Origin: Marsupella aquatica
Taxonomy: Eukaryota; Plantae; Marchantiophyta
Length of the DNA: 64,000 bases
Assembly (NCBI GenBank): GCA_973895155.1
Contig: OZ316893.1
Location: 17,142,645-17,206,644, forward strand
Direction of reading: 5' to 3'
In this document: one piece after another, positions 25,549-37,800 of the stretch
Numbering within the stretch: position 1 is the stretch's first letter
Layout: the number at the start of each line of letters is the position of its first letter
Made by a program: the position numbers and the translations under genes
The notes under the pieces: generated by a model
What the model was told of the DNA's origin: nothing
Seen by the model: the letters and a program-made list of their open reading frames with translations, nothing else
Databases searched by the model: none

Positions 25549-28500
25549 TGTGGTATAGCCGGAAGAATCAAAAGTGACACTTTTCACTTAAAGACCAAGG
25601 TTTCGATCCCTTTAAGAACAAAATAGGAATGGATTGAATGATTGTAACTGTTTTGAAGACTTAAGAGTATCACTCAACCAAATCTTCAAACAAAAGAGAA
25701 ACAAATGGATAAACTAACAAAATGAACAGAAAAGATTAATTCCCAAGTCATGGATTATGGAAAAGCTTTTAGAACCAAGGTCCAATGGATTGAATCTCCA
25801 CCAGCCACTCCTTCAAAAAGGATTCTGGTCTTATCGTGTTAACAAGATTGCAACAAATCTCGCCTCAATTGCTCTTCTCCATCACCATGAAAATATAAAC
25901 AGAAAGGATAAATGCTCACAAACACCAAAGTAGCTTTCTGGTGACCGATACAATGATACTCACTAAAATGCCGTCAACATGGATAGAACTTCGGTGATAC
26001 GCAACTCCGATCTATCACTAGTGGGTATGCCAAAGTAAGGGTAACGGTACTAACTATTCTGAAATCAGAATCTTGCTCCTTTTTATCCACATTTATCATT
26101 GAATCCTTAGCGATTCTTGACCCACAAGCAATCCTAATTTGAATTCATATGATCTTGGAAATTTGTAATGAAACACTCAGGCACCAACATGAATAAATTT
26201 ATTACATCACAAAGGAAGTGTTTTACTTCATTCATAAATCATTCTCGAAAGCAATGATTACAAAGGAAGGAGGGAAACTTGCAAAAGTTTGCAATACTGA
26301 ATACAAGCTTCACTGAAAAACAAAAAGGAAAACAATAATCTTATAGTGTTGTAACTCATACTTGAGTTAAGTCTACCTTTGGGATAACTACCTATGTAAC
26401 TACCCTAACTACTTAGGCCGTAGCCACATGTACATATCCTACCCAGAGTAAAGATGGAACCAACTCTTTGTCTCATTTATCCCACAACACGTTATCAGCA
26501 CGTAGCTCTCCACGAGCAATCTTTTCTTTGAGAGAAAGGCCAGATTTTCATTGAGTGTTTATAGATTTGACATAACTGCCCCTCCCAAGAAGCTATGGAT
26601 GAGAACTTCTCGATCACATTTCTAATTTTAGGTTTAACAAGGACGTTTGTGATTCCTCCAAATGTCATTGCGGAAGCCATGGACTACCTATGCCGAACCA
26701 TGACGGACCAATCTCATAAGGACATCGAAGATCACTTAAGGAGGCACGAGAGAGAGCGAGAGAAAACGATTAAGCAAGAATCAAGAAAGAGTCGGTGCGA
26801 GAGAAAGCACTGGCAATGAACATTGGTAAGGCGCTGACAAAGAGAATCGAAAGTATTAAGGATTGAGGCGAGAAACAATAAGGATTGAAGGTGAAGAAAC
26901 CCCTCTGGAAACGACCTTTAAATCCGAGAAGAAACGAAACAAATTCTGATAAGGATAGCAGATAAGGAAAATTACAGAGGATCGAGGCATAAATCGATCG
27001 AGAGAGGAGGAAAGGCACGAACAAAACAGAGGATCGAATGCAACCATTCAAAGACTGAGAGCGCATTCCATAAGGACAGCATTGAACAGAGACAAGAATT
27101 GAAAAGCAGTCCGCAGAACAGAATCCATAAGAAAAGACTGAACCTCACCCCACTGATCGAAGGCGAAAAAAAAATTCAAGCAGCAAAAGCATCGGGAGGC
27201 ACTGGCGAAGAAGCATAAGAGAAATGAATCGATCTAAAGCGAAGAAAATCGAAGCGCCAGCGCGAAACTGAAGGCAAACAGAAACCCATAAGGACAATCG
27301 AATCAAGATTGGAAGATTGAAAACTCGGGAGAAATACAAGAGCAGAAAGAGAAAGGAAAAACAAATACTCAGGGGGAGTGGGCTATTTGCACATCCCCTG
27401 GTCTACAACTTGAGACAACAAGAACTTGAATTGAGAGAGAAAATTCGATGATGATGAAACAAGAATAGCATAAAGAAGCCATGCAACCGATGCGAGCGAG
27501 GGAGCGATAAGACACGTCACGGAAGGAGAAAAGAGGGAATTTCCGTGCTGCCGAAGTTGCAACTACACCAAAGAGAATCAGAGGAAAAGCAACTAGGAAA
27601 GAAACTACCGAGCGATCGAGGGGCGCAAGAGCGCTAACAGCACAGATCAGCCCAAAGTAGAAGGAGTCTTTACGAAAAGGCGAACACAAGGATGAGGAAA
27701 GTAAGGAGGATAGCGATGACCAATGGAAGTCCCAAAGTTACGGCACCTATAGCACAGAAGGACACAGAATGCCAGTTTCGGTAAATAGTTCTCGTGAGAT
27801 TGGCAGTATGCATGGACGACATGGAACAATCCACGACCAGGGGTAGGGGCATTGGTGTTATGAACTTACGAGTTGACCATTGGGAGCCAGTGCCTACAGG
27901 GTTCGCTTCCTGAGGATCACACAATGACTTCCCGGGATTCAAATCGGAGAGATGATCTACCCACAATACACCGAATAAATCACTGGAGATAGCGTAGGCA
28001 GGTCCAGCAAATTACCCTCAGTCGCCATTGCCCCTTCTGGAGAGCAACGATGGGTCTGTTCGAGAGCAACTAGTACCCTGGAGGAAGATGCTAAAGAAGA
28101 ACGATCGGACCCAGATACGATTCGGCACACAATAATAAGGACAGGGGAACAAACATCAAGGAGGCCCAAGTCATTCGAGTAAGATAGCGCACCCAAAATG
28201 ATACAAGTGCCGTATCAATTTAGACAAACAAGGATAACAAGGCACTGACGTCGATGGCATTCAACATGAAATATCGAGGAGGGCCTAGAGATAAGAACCC
28301 AAAATGTCGAAAGAAGACGGCACAATTCACGGGACACAAACAGACCACCACACACCAAAATAGTGATGCAATGTGGAGGCGTCAAAATTTGGAAAGGAAT
28401 GCAGCAAGAAGTGAAGTAGAGGGACGGAATGAAGGAAGGAACCATGCCACAATAAGCGAGTGAAGCAAAAAAACAAAAAAAAGGAGTACAACAAAAAGAA

Positions 28501-30167
28501 GCCATCAAACCAAAGGAAAGTCCTCCACCTTTTCTTCTAAGCAGACCATTTTACACTAAGGAATGGAGAACTAAAGAACAAAGAGACTTTCTCTTCAAAA
28601 GGCAAGAAAAACCAAACAACAAGGCATGAAGTAAGGACATAAAGAAAGAAACTAAATTACAGAACCTACATGGCGACAAATGATGATTACTTCCACCAAT
28701 TAATTTCATAAATTCAGGGGGAGAATTGTTTTTCCCAACGTGCCTACTGCACTTAAAAGTTAAGCTCTGTGCCTACTACACATGGAAGCCAATGAGTGCC
28801 TACTGCACATGGAAGTAAATGACAAATTGAGGGGGAGACCTCAAGTAAGACTTGACATCAAGCAATGTAACCCATGGGATGTGCCTATTGCACAAGTGCC
28901 TTTCGCACCAATGAATACCTAAAAATGGAACTCTATTCCATGCATATGGCAAATCATGAAATCTAAGGAATTTTTATAAATGATTGAACATGGTGTTAAC
29001 ACAATCACTTACCAATACTTGATGAGGTATACTGGATATTAAAGTACCATATGATAATATGAGGTACAGTACCAGGTCATAAGGTACCATAAGGTGAGAC
29101 ATGGCATGGTAAGGCACCATAAGAGATGGTGCGCCATACCCCAATATGATAACCGTATGTTGTGGATATGGTACGTGATGTGGTGCAAATAGGTTATGCC
29201 CACACCAAATCTAGGGTTGGACACCCAATCCAATTCCAAGGCCATGGATTACACCATATCATCTTCATTTTGTACTAATACTTTGCTTTGTCATGGCATG
29301 TAATCGGTGACCATCAAGGAGTCTCCATTTCCCGATTGGAAGGAGACACGAGAAACAATCAACCAAGGAAGATCTTCAACAAGCCTATAGTGCACATACA
29401 CTATATGCTTAAACCCAATTATGTTACACCCATGGGGATGGTAATACTCTTTCCTCCCACAAAGAAAGTAGGGGAGGTTTTAATGAGGTTACATCCCCCA
29501 CTTACACTTTACCATGCAACATGAATTATAAGACATCTATTACAAGAAGCTTTACATTCATTGATAGTAGACTTGAGATGGCTACACCATTTATAAAATA
29601 GGCTAGACATAAACAAAACCTATTGTATACCACTGAGTATGCCCAAAGTAGACTCTTGATTGTAACATTTAAACCCCAATGTTACAAAGGGGGAGTGTTG
29701 TAACTCATACTTGAGTTAAGTCTACCTTTGGGATAACTACCTATGTAACTACCCTAACTACTTAGGCCGTAGCCACATGTACATATCCTACCAAGAGTAA
29801 AGATGGAACCAACTCTTTGTCTCATTTATCCCACAACATATAGGTCTAAGTGGAGCATAAAAAGGGGAAATGAAAAGTCATGCCTTTTCAAAACTTAGAA
29901 AAATAAATAAAAAAATTGAGTACTAAACTAAGGTAGAAAAAGATCACTAAATAACTAGGGTAAATGGGTAACAAAAATCTGTCTTCGAACTTCCGTCGAG
30001 TATCGTCCTTCATAAGTTTGGTCTCCATGGGACACCTCTCAGAAGCGTCCTTCATAAGTATTGTCAGCAAGGTAAAGTTGGGCATTTGGGTACCAAAATG
30101 CAATTAATTCGTGAACTTTGCATCATTTCCATCTTCCATTGATTTTGCGAAAAATTCAGGTGTCACA
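25549..30167. mobile_element. Solo LTR F (~1.1 kb) split by element G
   Basis: TGTGG...TCACA termini; TSD CCAGT at 25544-25548 and 30168-30172. Confidence 0.82.
26347..29838 (+). mobile_element. Element G: young non-autonomous Copia (Bianca-like) LTR element, 143-bp LTRs at 26347-26489 and 29696-29838
   Basis: LTRs TGTTG...CAACA differ at one site by eye; TSD TATAG; PBS CGTTATCAGCACG (26490-26502); PPT AAAGGGGGAG before 29696; no intact gag/pol ORF in the 3.2-kb interior. Confidence 0.9.
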
Positions 30168-30517
30168 CCAGTTAGGTGGGGAAAACGGAGGTGTACCCTA
30201 TAAACACATTAGTATAGTAACAAAAATAAGGAAAATATAAACAATTAAGGGTGACTATGGAACCCGGGCCGAGGCCGGAGGTAAGGACGCTGGGGGACAG
30301 AACACGATTAGGGTTAGGGCGCGCTAAGCATCGGCGGCTAGGGGTAACCAACGGGAGGAAAGACCAGAGGAGGAGAGGGGTAAGGACCGCTCGCAAGGAA
30401 TGGTGGCTCATTTGCAAGCACGAACTGGACAGACGACTACGGAAGGCCAACTACTGTCAGTTGCTTAGGCAAGCACTCTGGGCGGGAGCAGATACCAACG
30501 ATTGAGTCAAGGAGGGT

Positions 30518-33500
30518 ATGAGCAACGTCAATCAAGCGGCACATTTTTGGGGATGCCTATTTGAACGGGCAATTGAGTACATTAGGACTTACGAGAACGA
30601 AGAATCAGAGAGAGCAGCTCGAGAACGGCAGGAGCTCGCTCGACTGTGGGAGCTACAGAAGTCTGCCTTCTTAGGAGGAGAACTCATCAAGGCCGAGTTC
30701 TTATGGACTCCTACTGCCAATCAGCTCAATGACCTTCTGTTTTGCGAAGATAGAATCATCGGCATTCGGGAAGCCATCAACCGCTGCAACGACACGCACT
30801 GGGAGTTGAAGGGTAGCACGGAGGGGTGGACAAAGGCAACTGTGCTAGGAGAAACATCCACGGCAGCCGAGATGAAGAGGAAAGGAAACAACAACGAAGA
30901 GGCCACCCCGGCAAAAAGAACAAGGTCGGCGGCACCAAGGAAGCCAGCAGAGCAGCAGAACAGGAGGCAGGGAGAAGCCAAAGAGGAGGAGGTCAATCCC
31001 ATCAATGCCATTCCAACAAATGATGACACCTGGAAAGGCTGGGCGGCGACCCTACCAGAGGAAGTGCAATTACATTTTGCACGGGAGGAGGATGCATGCT
31101 TTACGGCCATGCAGACCAAGAAGTACCAGGGCTTCATGGCTGGATCCGGCTTGGAAGCCTTCGTAAGATTACCATGGCTGAAGCCGGAGGTGCCGGATTC
31201 AGACTTATTGGAATTCATGGGATCATGGGAACCCGAGACCAATTCCACGAGGGTGTATGGGAAGGATTTCTATCTCACTCCCCGGGTGATTGCCGAGGTG
31301 TTTGGCTTGCCGATGGGTAATAAGACCAAGGTTGATACCAGGAAGACCTTACCTGACAAGGAGTTCCGGTCGTTCCCAGGACCATCAACGAAGAATGGCT
31401 TCTTCCGGAACACCTGCACCAACCCGCACATCGGAGAGATGATTGATTTCTTGCGGGTGACCATGCATTGTAACTTGCCAAGGGCAGAGATTGGCAAGGC
31501 TCAGGTCTACCTGGCAGAAAGGCCAGACCGAAGCTGGGATTACAACGGGTACCTCCTCAACCAACTGAAGAAGATCTTGAAGGAGGAACAGCAGGTGATC
31601 GGCGTGGGAAGCGTGTCCCGGCTTGGCTATCACATGCCGCTGTTGTGCCGGTATGCCAGAAGTCAAATCTTTGCCCCAGTACTTCCCCTATCGGCAAGGG
31701 CACCGGAGGAGGTTCCGGAGCAGAGACCGGACACAGAAGAGCCCAACCAGCCTGCCAGTCCTACGATCGAGCAAGTGTTTTGGCCAAGGAAAGAAGACTT
31801 GCCGATGCAGCAATCAGGCATGCAGAATCTGCTGAAATTGTTGGAGAAGGAGAGAACGGCACCGGCACCGGTACAGGACACTACCCTAGAGGCCGGCCTA
31901 AGCCAACTTAGGAGGGAAAACCCCTTTACCGGAGCCAAGGAGAGAAGGAGGCCGGAACACAAGCCGGGAGTTCAAATGTATGTGGGAGCCTCAAGCCCCG
32001 AATCGGAGGCAGAGCAGCCTAAGGCTCCTTCCCGCAGAAAGTAGAGGGAGAGGACAGCCTGGAAACCAGAGGAGGAACAAGAGCCCGTGATCTGTGAGGC
32101 CATTTTCACGGCAGGACCAGGGGAACAGAGGGGGAAACCGGGAGTCCAAGCAGTGGAGGAGGCGGTGGAGGACTACAACAATGATAACTTCGGCTATGGG
32201 TCGGATCATCATGTTCCAGGAGTAAGGACCTATGGCCGGTTTATCCCCACGCTTCCAAGAGTAGTTTGAGGGGACCCCACCCAGTAGAGTAGCCCCGAGT
32301 CTCCCCCACCAGAGGTTGCTCCCCCAAGCTTTGACGGCATAAAGCAGACGACACAAGATTTTCAGGAGCGACTTAGGGAGGAAGAGAAGGCAACCCTGGC
32401 TAGGGAGAAAGATTTACCACGAGGAGATTGGCCGGAGGACATCAGGCGGCTTGCCGAAAAAAGAAGCAACCCTCTTGCCACCGTAGAAGAAATCCGCAAG
32501 GCGGCTTGGGAACAGAGGCCAAGGTGGTTGATGCCGATGACTTCTACTTACTCCACCTATGCAAAAGATAGAGCCATGGAGTACGGGGAGATGTGTGGGG
32601 AACTTGCGCTCAACATCTTTGGGGAGGAGTTGGAGCAGGGACCCTTTTTCCAGAGGGAGATGTTGGGGAAGCACCGATTAGAAGAAGCGGTGGCTTTGGA
32701 GAGAAGCAAGAAGGACGAGGTCATCCGGCGGCTTAGGGAGATGGAAGCCGAGGTGGAAGACCTGCAGGCGGCCAAGAAAGCCCAAGATGAGCTGCGGATT
32801 AAGCGACATGAGCTAAACATCATGCAAGGACAATTGCATGCCGCTCAGTCTGGCAATCAGATTATCAAAGATAAACTGACTCAGACCCAAGGAGAGTTGG
32901 CCGGCGCGGTCAAGGACAGGGAAAAGTGGAAGCAGGAGCTGAGGGACGCAGAGGAGGCCCACATAACCGCCAACAACCAGGCCATGGCGGAGACTCAGAG
33001 AAAGGAGAGGGCGTTGAAAGGAGAGCTCGAGGATATCCACGGAGCCCTTGAGCATAAGGAGGCCGAGTTAAGGAAATCCTATCAAGGGATTATTGCGCTG
33101 CAGCAGGAGCTTGCGTCCCTGACGGCCAGCTTCAAGGCCAACCTGCGTGAGAAGGACGACCAGCTTGACCAGACTTATGCCAAGATTAATAAGATGGAGT
33201 CTGAGGTCGTAGCGGAGCTCGACAAGGAGCTAAGAGCAACCCAGGAGGAGAGGGCTACCTTAATATTGGAATTGGAGGAAGCCAGAAAGGAGCTGCAGGA
33301 GGGACGGAAGGACCTAGAGGAAGCCCAGGAGGAGTTGGAGGAAACCACCAGGAAGATGGAGAACTTACAGTGGCGGGCTGACAACCAAACGGAGCGGCTA
33401 AAGAAACAGGCCGCAGTATTTAAGTGCTTAGCTTCATCTGGTCCAACTCCAATTGTGGGAACTCTGTTACCAGGAGGGGTACTGGCCAAAAGACAAGCCG

Positions 33501-33949
33501 AGACACACGCCCCGGTGCCGGAGGTAGGTAGCAAGGGGAAGGGACCAGCTACCGAAACAGGGAAGAAGAAGAAGCGGAAACCTTCTGGGTCTAGGAGTTA
33601 TACGGCTTACCAAGCCGTTGTGACCCAGGAGGTCAACCCGGCACCAACCTCCGGCATGGTCACGACAATAGATCCACCTGTTGAAGAAGGTGGGGATGGC
33701 AAGGCCGAGGCCGGAACAGCTATTGATGAAGCCGAGGTACCGGATCCTCCACTAGAACATGACGGGGAGGCCGAAGCCGTATCGAAGGCCGTGACCGATG
33801 CTGAGGCCGAAGCCGAGGGTGGACCCAGTCAAGCCGATGAAGAGTTGACTCGGTCCGAGGCAGGTAATCTGTCAAAGGACGGACCGACGGCAGTGGCTGC
33901 GGGGGAAGCGTTGGGGGCGTCCATTGAGGATCCGCCACCAGTGTCATGA
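30518..33949 (+). CDS. Accessory coding region inside solo LTR B: 508-aa ORF (Athila-ORF1-like domain, NLS-like motifs) and 473-aa ORF (SMC-like coiled coil, acidic tail); possibly one disrupted gene
   Basis: GLEAFVRLPW...LLEFMGSW...VYGKDFYLTPRVIAEVFGLP; long heptad repeats at 32670-33400; KKKKRK; broken frames between 32044 and 32528. Confidence 0.75.
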
Positions 33950-34855
33950 CGGTGCAAGGGCACCGTTCCTTTTAGGAAGGGCGGACGTGGAGGTAGGAGG
34001 CGTGAGTGGGCAGGGCGGGCTTAGATCTCCAAGTTTAGGATTAGGATCAAGACCAGGAGACGGCCCTGACACTTAGATTAGTGGGATGGCGGATCCACTA
34101 GTAGGAGCAACACTTGTGCTCCTGCCTCGCTGTACAGTTAGGTAGATTACAGGTAGGATAGATTAAGCTGACGCAGCAAAATTCTGGACTATCCGCTGCC
34201 AGGATAAATACCTGGGCAGCGGGGAGTCCAGGGCCTCTTCTTTAGCAAGTTTTTAGTTGCACCAGCAGGGCTGGGATCAAGTAGTAAGAGAAGCTCTCAA
34301 TTAGTTATACAGTGACCCTTGTGTATATTCATGTTTCCTCATGCCTAAGAACTGAATAGAGTTGGCCTCACGGCTTAGTTCGCAGAGCTTGTGTATGAGA
34401 TGTACTGTTTGTATGGCAAGTGCCTGGTATAACTCAGTCAGAAGGAGTCATTTTGCTATTTGTGTGTTGCATTAACTTGTGTGAAGAGTGCCCACATCAA
34501 TGAAGGGAAGTAGCAAGGGAGTGAGAGTTGGATGTGTCGAGCTGAGAGAGGTCTTAGCGGCTTAACCAAGCCAATTGGGGATCATTCCGGCGGCGGAATT
34601 CAAACATACCTAATGGAAGACCAGGAGAGGAATACAAGGGAAGACCTAGAATAGGCCGGCTAAGTATCTCATGACCCGATGAAGGATCTGTCCAGTATAT
34701 GTGTGTAAAATGTTAATAGTAGTAGAAGGAGAGTTAGCAGCGTCCCATGCCGCTAAGCCGCAGAAACGGCCTCACCAAGGACGAAACCTGCGGGAATTGG
34801 CTTGAGCAAGGGGGTTTTCTTGGGTTTGGGGAGCCATGGGACGCACCACATGGAG

Positions 34856-37800
34856 AGTCAGCCATCAAGATGAAAATTCTTCCCGGCCTATTCAAGGGTG
34901 AGGCTAGGCCATGGTACAGAGCATTGAATGTGGAAGATCAAGCCATCTGGCATACCTTCAAATCACTATTTGTCAAAGAATTTTGACCCATTGGAACTTC
35001 AGAGCTAGCAGTGCTGAAGTTGGGACGACTTTGGTTCAAGGAGAACCAAATTAATCCTTCAGGAAGTTCTTGCAACGCTTCCAAAAGTTGGTAAGACGTA
35101 CCAAGACCAATGCATCTGAAGGTATGCAACTTCAATGGTTGGTGAATGCTTTGCCACAAAAGATGAGTTTTGCAATTAGGAAGGAGAACCCAGAGACTTT
35201 AGCCGAGGCAATTAGAGATATTCAATTGTACATTAACGTAGATATCACAAGCCAGAAGAAATAGCTCAAGTCTAAGAGTTCCTCATCGGAGGAAGGATCA
35301 ACCCATAAGAAAAAAGATAAGAAAAAGAAACATTCTAAGAAGTCAAGAAGTGATAACTCAAGCTTGAGTAGTGGAAGTAGCAAGAGTGAGTCATCTTCTA
35401 GTTCTGAAGAAGAAAAATCTAGGAAAAAGAAAGGCAAAAGGAGGGGGAAGTTAAAAGTCAAGTTAGAGGCCAAAACTCCAGATAACCTCGTAGCTCTTAC
35501 CGATCAGCTAAAGGCTATAATAGCAGAGGTAAAACCGAAGAAGAAAGTAGTAGTGGAAGATAGCTCTGTATGGTGTGCCTTATATTATAAAACCGGACAC
35601 CATAAAGATGCATGTCCTAAACTCAATACTAGTCATGTTCGGCATGTAGCTGAGGTCAGACCATGTCAGGGAGAAGTAGAGTACTTCCTAGGGGATGCCG
35701 CTGATAGTTTTTTTGGCATCAGTGAGATTGGAGCACAAGACCTATCCAACCGACCTGCATCTCTTTGGTGAGGATTAAGGAACAATCCGGGAAAGATGTA
35801 TCCTCGGATTATTCAGAATCCGTCAGTACCTCCTAGGCCGAATGTGCAAAGATTTGCGGCATGCTATAATTGTGGTCAACCTGGCCATTTTGCTAGAGAA
35901 TGCTTGAATGCATGCAAACAAGGTGATGGACAACCAGCTCAGCTATGTATGGGATGCCGACAGGAGGGTCACATGCTAGGACAATGTCCTACTTGGTTGG
36001 CAGGACTGGCCACAAATCATAAGCTCTTGCCGGTCAAGGTCTCGCCACCAGGTACTACCCCAGGTGGAGTTCAAATCAACCACATTGAACTCGGATGGCA
36101 AACGGATGCCGAGGCAAAGTTTGGACCACCTGATGATGAGGCCGAGGCCCTATCAACATTCTCAAAAGAGGATTTGGATCATGATTGCTATCGGGTCTCT
36201 ACTCAATCCACCAGAAGGAAGGAAAGGTGGGATGGGCTGGCCAAAAATAAAGGGAAGGTTAAGGAAGAAAGGATCGACTCTTCGTCAACATCAACGGAGG
36301 GAAAGGCGTCGGCAACACAGGTAAGCCATGAGCTCACCAGTGACCCCAATCCTTCACAGGACAGCGACTTTAATCAAGATCACCCCAAGTTATTCTACCC
36401 CTCTATTACGGCAAGTGTTAAAGAACAACTTCAAGAATTAGAAACCAAGGAGAATACCGAAGCCATAGCCAAGGATGTGAAATGAGCAAAAGCATTGTTT
36501 GCTTATGAAAATCCGACACCTGTGGAAACTAGCATGAAAAAAAAGGCCAAAGCCAAGATGGAGACACCGCCAGAAGAGAAGCCGATAGTCCCCTATGACC
36601 TGGCTAAAGATGTACTAGAATCTAGAGTCTCGGCAACAGTAGGTCAACTATTGAAAAATAGCCCGTACTTCCGGAAACAGTTAAGGAAGGCAATTCTCGG
36701 CTTGATTACCCAAGGTAGCGACCAGATCCGACATGCTGATGATAGAAGAAGATCAAGGAGCCCCAGCATTACCATTAATGATTCAAGGAGAAATATTACT
36801 GCGGGTACCCATCGATGGAAGATCAGGGGTATGTATTATGATTGATTCAACAGCAAAAGGGTGGGGTCTAATGCCGGAGATGACTGGAAGAGTGTTGAAC
36901 ATGGCCAATGGGTATCAAGTCATTCCCACGGGAGTGTTAACCGTCATCAAGACTGAGATAGGAGGTATCTTCTTTAGCATTAACTATGTAGTAATGAAGC
37001 CGGTAAACCCTACGTCATTCCGACTATTGATTGGCAGGCCATGGCTATACCTAGCCAAGGTAATAGAGGATTGGGGTAAGAAGGAGTTCACTTTTGGGAC
37101 CCCCTCTATCACGGTATCCTGGGACACCAAGGATGACCGTAGGAGAATTGAAGCATCAGGGAGGTAGATGGGTACAACAGTGGACTGGAGCCAGCTGATG
37201 AGGTACGTTGGCTAGAATGCCTCACTGACCTAACCAAAGAAAGTGTCTTTGGACCAGAAGTGCCCCCCAGCGGACTGTGGCACAAACCTATGGAAAGTGA
37301 CTTGGAGGAATGTGAAAAAGAAACCGAGGACTGCTTTGCCATAGAGTCCACCTTTTTAGCTTCAATTCCGAAGGAAGCACAAGAGGTGGTCCAGTTGGAT
37401 GAAATGGCTAGGTGGGGAGCTGCACCAAGGACAGTGGATTTTCCTCAGGCGTTGTGGCAGAGTTGGCAGGATCCACAACGCCGTCTATCATCGGCAACAA
37501 ATTAAATACTAAGGGATCGACTTACAAGCCGATCACAAGGGTAGAACAAATTGAGGCCCTACTAGAAGCCGGAAGAGCACAACGGCCGGACCCTCAAGAA
37601 GCAAGAATAGATGAGATGCACAGAACCAATCCAGAGCCGAGTCAGGAAGGGAAGTCGACCACCAATTCAAAACCAAATAGACCGGCAAGGGAACAATCTG
37701 CGGATAACAAGGGAGAAATCAAGTCAACCGACTCGGCTAGTATAGCCGAGATTCTAGTCTATGGAGGGATGAGACTGGAGAGGCTGGAAGCCAAGCTGGA

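Larger units (their letters stand above)
25517..34850 (+). mobile_element. Element B: giant (~4.7 kb after removing nested inserts) solo LTR of the element-A family, containing a protein-coding region
   Basis: TGTG...CACA termini; TSD TGGAG at 25512-25516 and 34851-34855. The last ~500 bp (34355-34850) match the 5' LTR end of A (24610-25105). No second LTR copy, PBS, gag or pol of its own inside. Confidence 0.85.

Noticed and set aside
26770-28508. Hydrophobic Phe/Leu/Ser-rich minus-strand ORFs as membrane proteins
   Set aside because: Artefact of the A/G-skewed plus strand within element G.
32528-33949. Host SMC/myosin-like gene or retroviral env
   Set aside because: Intronless and inside a TSD-bounded LTR; no ATPase motifs, signal peptide or transmembrane helix.
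24611-34850. Reading 24611-25105 and 34355-34850 as the paired 5' and 3' LTRs of one pol-less element
   Set aside because: The TGGAG TSD around 25517-34850 and the in-frame rejoining of gag show the second copy belongs to a separate inserted solo LTR.
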